DNA of 64,000 nucleotides from Candidatus Paracaedibacteraceae bacterium (GTDB lineage Bacteria; Pseudomonadota; Alphaproteobacteria; Paracaedibacterales; CAIOTO01): NCBI GenBank assembly GCA_030694965.1, contig JAUYTZ010000009.1, positions 137,418 to 201,417 of the forward strand, read 5' to 3'. Shown piece by piece: positions 62,738 to 64,000 of this stretch (position 1 is its first letter; each line of letters starts with the position of its first letter). The notes under the pieces were generated by a model. It saw only the letters and a program-made list of their open reading frames with translations, ran no database searches and was not told where the DNA came from. The position numbers and the translations under genes were made by a program.

Positions 62738-63874
62738 ATGCATATTTCAGTCGAAAAGGCTTCATTTCTAAAAGCGCTAAGTCACGGACAAAGTGTCGTT
62801 GAAAAAAAAACTACAGTTCCTATTATTAGCACTGTCTTGCTACAAGCAGCTGATGGATTTTTATCAATTACAGCAACCGACATGGATATGGCGCTTATTG
62901 AACGTATACCAGTTGAGGTGAAAGCATCTGGTGCAGCTTGTGTGTCAGCATCTTTGTTGCATGATATTGTTAAAAAACTAAACGACAAAACAGTAATTGA
63001 CCTTACTATTAGCGATGACGCATCTCGGTTGTTTATTGTATCAGGTCGTTCACGTTTTGATATGGGCTGCTTACCTGTTGAAGATTTTCCACAACTTGTT
63101 CAAAGCGAAATTACGCATAAATTTACATTGCCAGCGCCAGTATTCCGCCACTTAATTGACGCAACACGTTTTTGTATGGCCGTTGAAGAGACTCGGTATA
63201 ACTTAAATGGTATTCATTTTCATGACCATGAAGAGGGCGGTAAGCAATACCTACGTGCTGTTGCAACAGATATGCATCGTTTAGCCTGTATTGAATGTGA
63301 AACATCTGATGATATTAAAGGCATGCCGCACGTTATTATTGCGCGCAAAACAATTCAAGAAATTCGCAAACTGCTTGATGATGCTGAAGCTCCAATTGAA
63401 ATTGGTTTGTCTTCAACACGCGTTGAATTTAATGTGCAAGGGGCAGGGTATAGTGCAATGTTGACGGCGCGTCTAGTTGATGGAACGTTTCCTGATTATA
63501 AATCCGCTATTATTGTTGATAATGATAAATCATTGATAGTTGCCACAAAATCTTTTGCTGAGACGATTGATCGTATTGGAACTGTTGTAACGAATGATAA
63601 ACTTCGCGCTATCCGTTTGAATGCTTGTGATAATCAGGCCGTCGTTTCTGCTGTTAGCCAAGAATTTGGTAGTGCTACAGAAGAAATGGACGTTGATTTT
63701 GCTTATAGTGAGCCAGTAGATGTCTGTTTCAATGTGCGTTACTTAATTGAAGTTGCACAACAAATCAATGCGGAAGAAATGGAGTTGCTTCTTCTTGATG
63801 CTGATTCATCTATTTTGATTAAGCCTGTTGGCAACCCACATATGGTTTATATTTTGATGCCAATGCAAGTTTAG
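62738..63874 (+). CDS. dnaN: DNA polymerase III beta clamp
   Basis: SVVEKKTTVPI, ATDMD, ETRYNLNG, VATDMHRLA, LVDGTFPDY, FNVRYL, ILMPM. Confidence 0.97.
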   Translation: MHISVEKASFLKALSHGQSVVEKKTTVPIISTVLLQAADGFLSITATDMDMALIERIPVEVKASGAACVSASLLHDIVKKLNDKTVIDLTISDDASRLFIVSGRSRFDMGCLPVEDFPQLVQSEITHKFTLPAPVFRHLIDATRFCMAVEETRYNLNGIHFHDHEEGGKQYLRAVATDMHRLACIECETSDDIKGMPHVIIARKTIQEIRKLLDDAEAPIEIGLSSTRVEFNVQGAGYSAMLTARLVDGTFPDYKSAIIVDNDKSLIVATKSFAETIDRIGTVVTNDKLRAIRLNACDNQAVVSAVSQEFGSATEEMDVDFAYSEPVDVCFNVRYLIEVAQQINAEEMELLLLDADSSILIKPVGNPHMVYILMPMQV

Positions 63875-63888
63875 TATTGTTTAATGAT

Positions 63889-63908
63889 ATTCCCAGTCAT
63901 TCGGGAAT
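63889..63908. repeat. Second ATTCCC-N8-GGGAAT palindrome
   Basis: ATTCCC AGTCATTC GGGAAT between dnaN and recF. Confidence 0.55.
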
Positions 63909-63941
63909 AATAAAAATGTTACACTTAAAAAGAAAGCTTTC

Positions 63942-64000
63942 ATGCACGTCTCTAGGCTTAACCTTAGTCATTTTAGGAATCATGCATTGATTGATGTTGA
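63942..64000 (+). CDS. recF: DNA replication/repair protein RecF (N-terminus, 3' partial)
   Basis: MHVSRLNLSHFRNHALIDV (L.L..FRN motif), directly downstream of dnaN. Confidence 0.75.
   Translation, partial: MHVSRLNLSHFRNHALIDV

Overview
AT-rich alphaproteobacterial chromosome segment. The gene set (CckA receiver, alphaproteobacterial-type GshA, Coq7, NDUFS4/ELM1/NDUFAF5-like proteins, RMD1/DUF155, patatin) and the broken-up canonical operons suggest a host-associated Holosporales/Rickettsiales-like organism; this is inference and was not searched. Most of the window is housekeeping: mutY, dciA, gshA, potFG, xseA, pepF, infA, maeB, grxC-trxB-tilS, rlmN, murJ, plsY, cmk, lon, an RND pump, ftsEX, rpmI-rplT-pheS, murA, dcd, uvrC, acnA, typA, dnaN-recF and three tRNAs (Pro-TGG, Ala-GGC, Arg-TCT). 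The most unusual part is a ~2.3 kb accessory islet (4545-6808). It holds a putatively secreted protein with exact 114-bp/38-aa repeats, split by a 1-nt frameshift in an A-run and ending in an NLS-like KRKRP. It also holds two IS903-like right ends, a degenerate group II intron 3' end, a 214-bp MITE with 37-bp TIRs and a DUF1328 pseudogene. Other leads are perfect CtrA boxes upstream of two effector-like genes (patatin and a CVNH-like lectin), two ATTCCC-N8-GGGAAT palindromes, a candidate leader peptide before an APC permease and a candidate rpmI leader hairpin. I see no CRISPR array, rRNA or intact transposase, and no clearly complete new multi-gene system.
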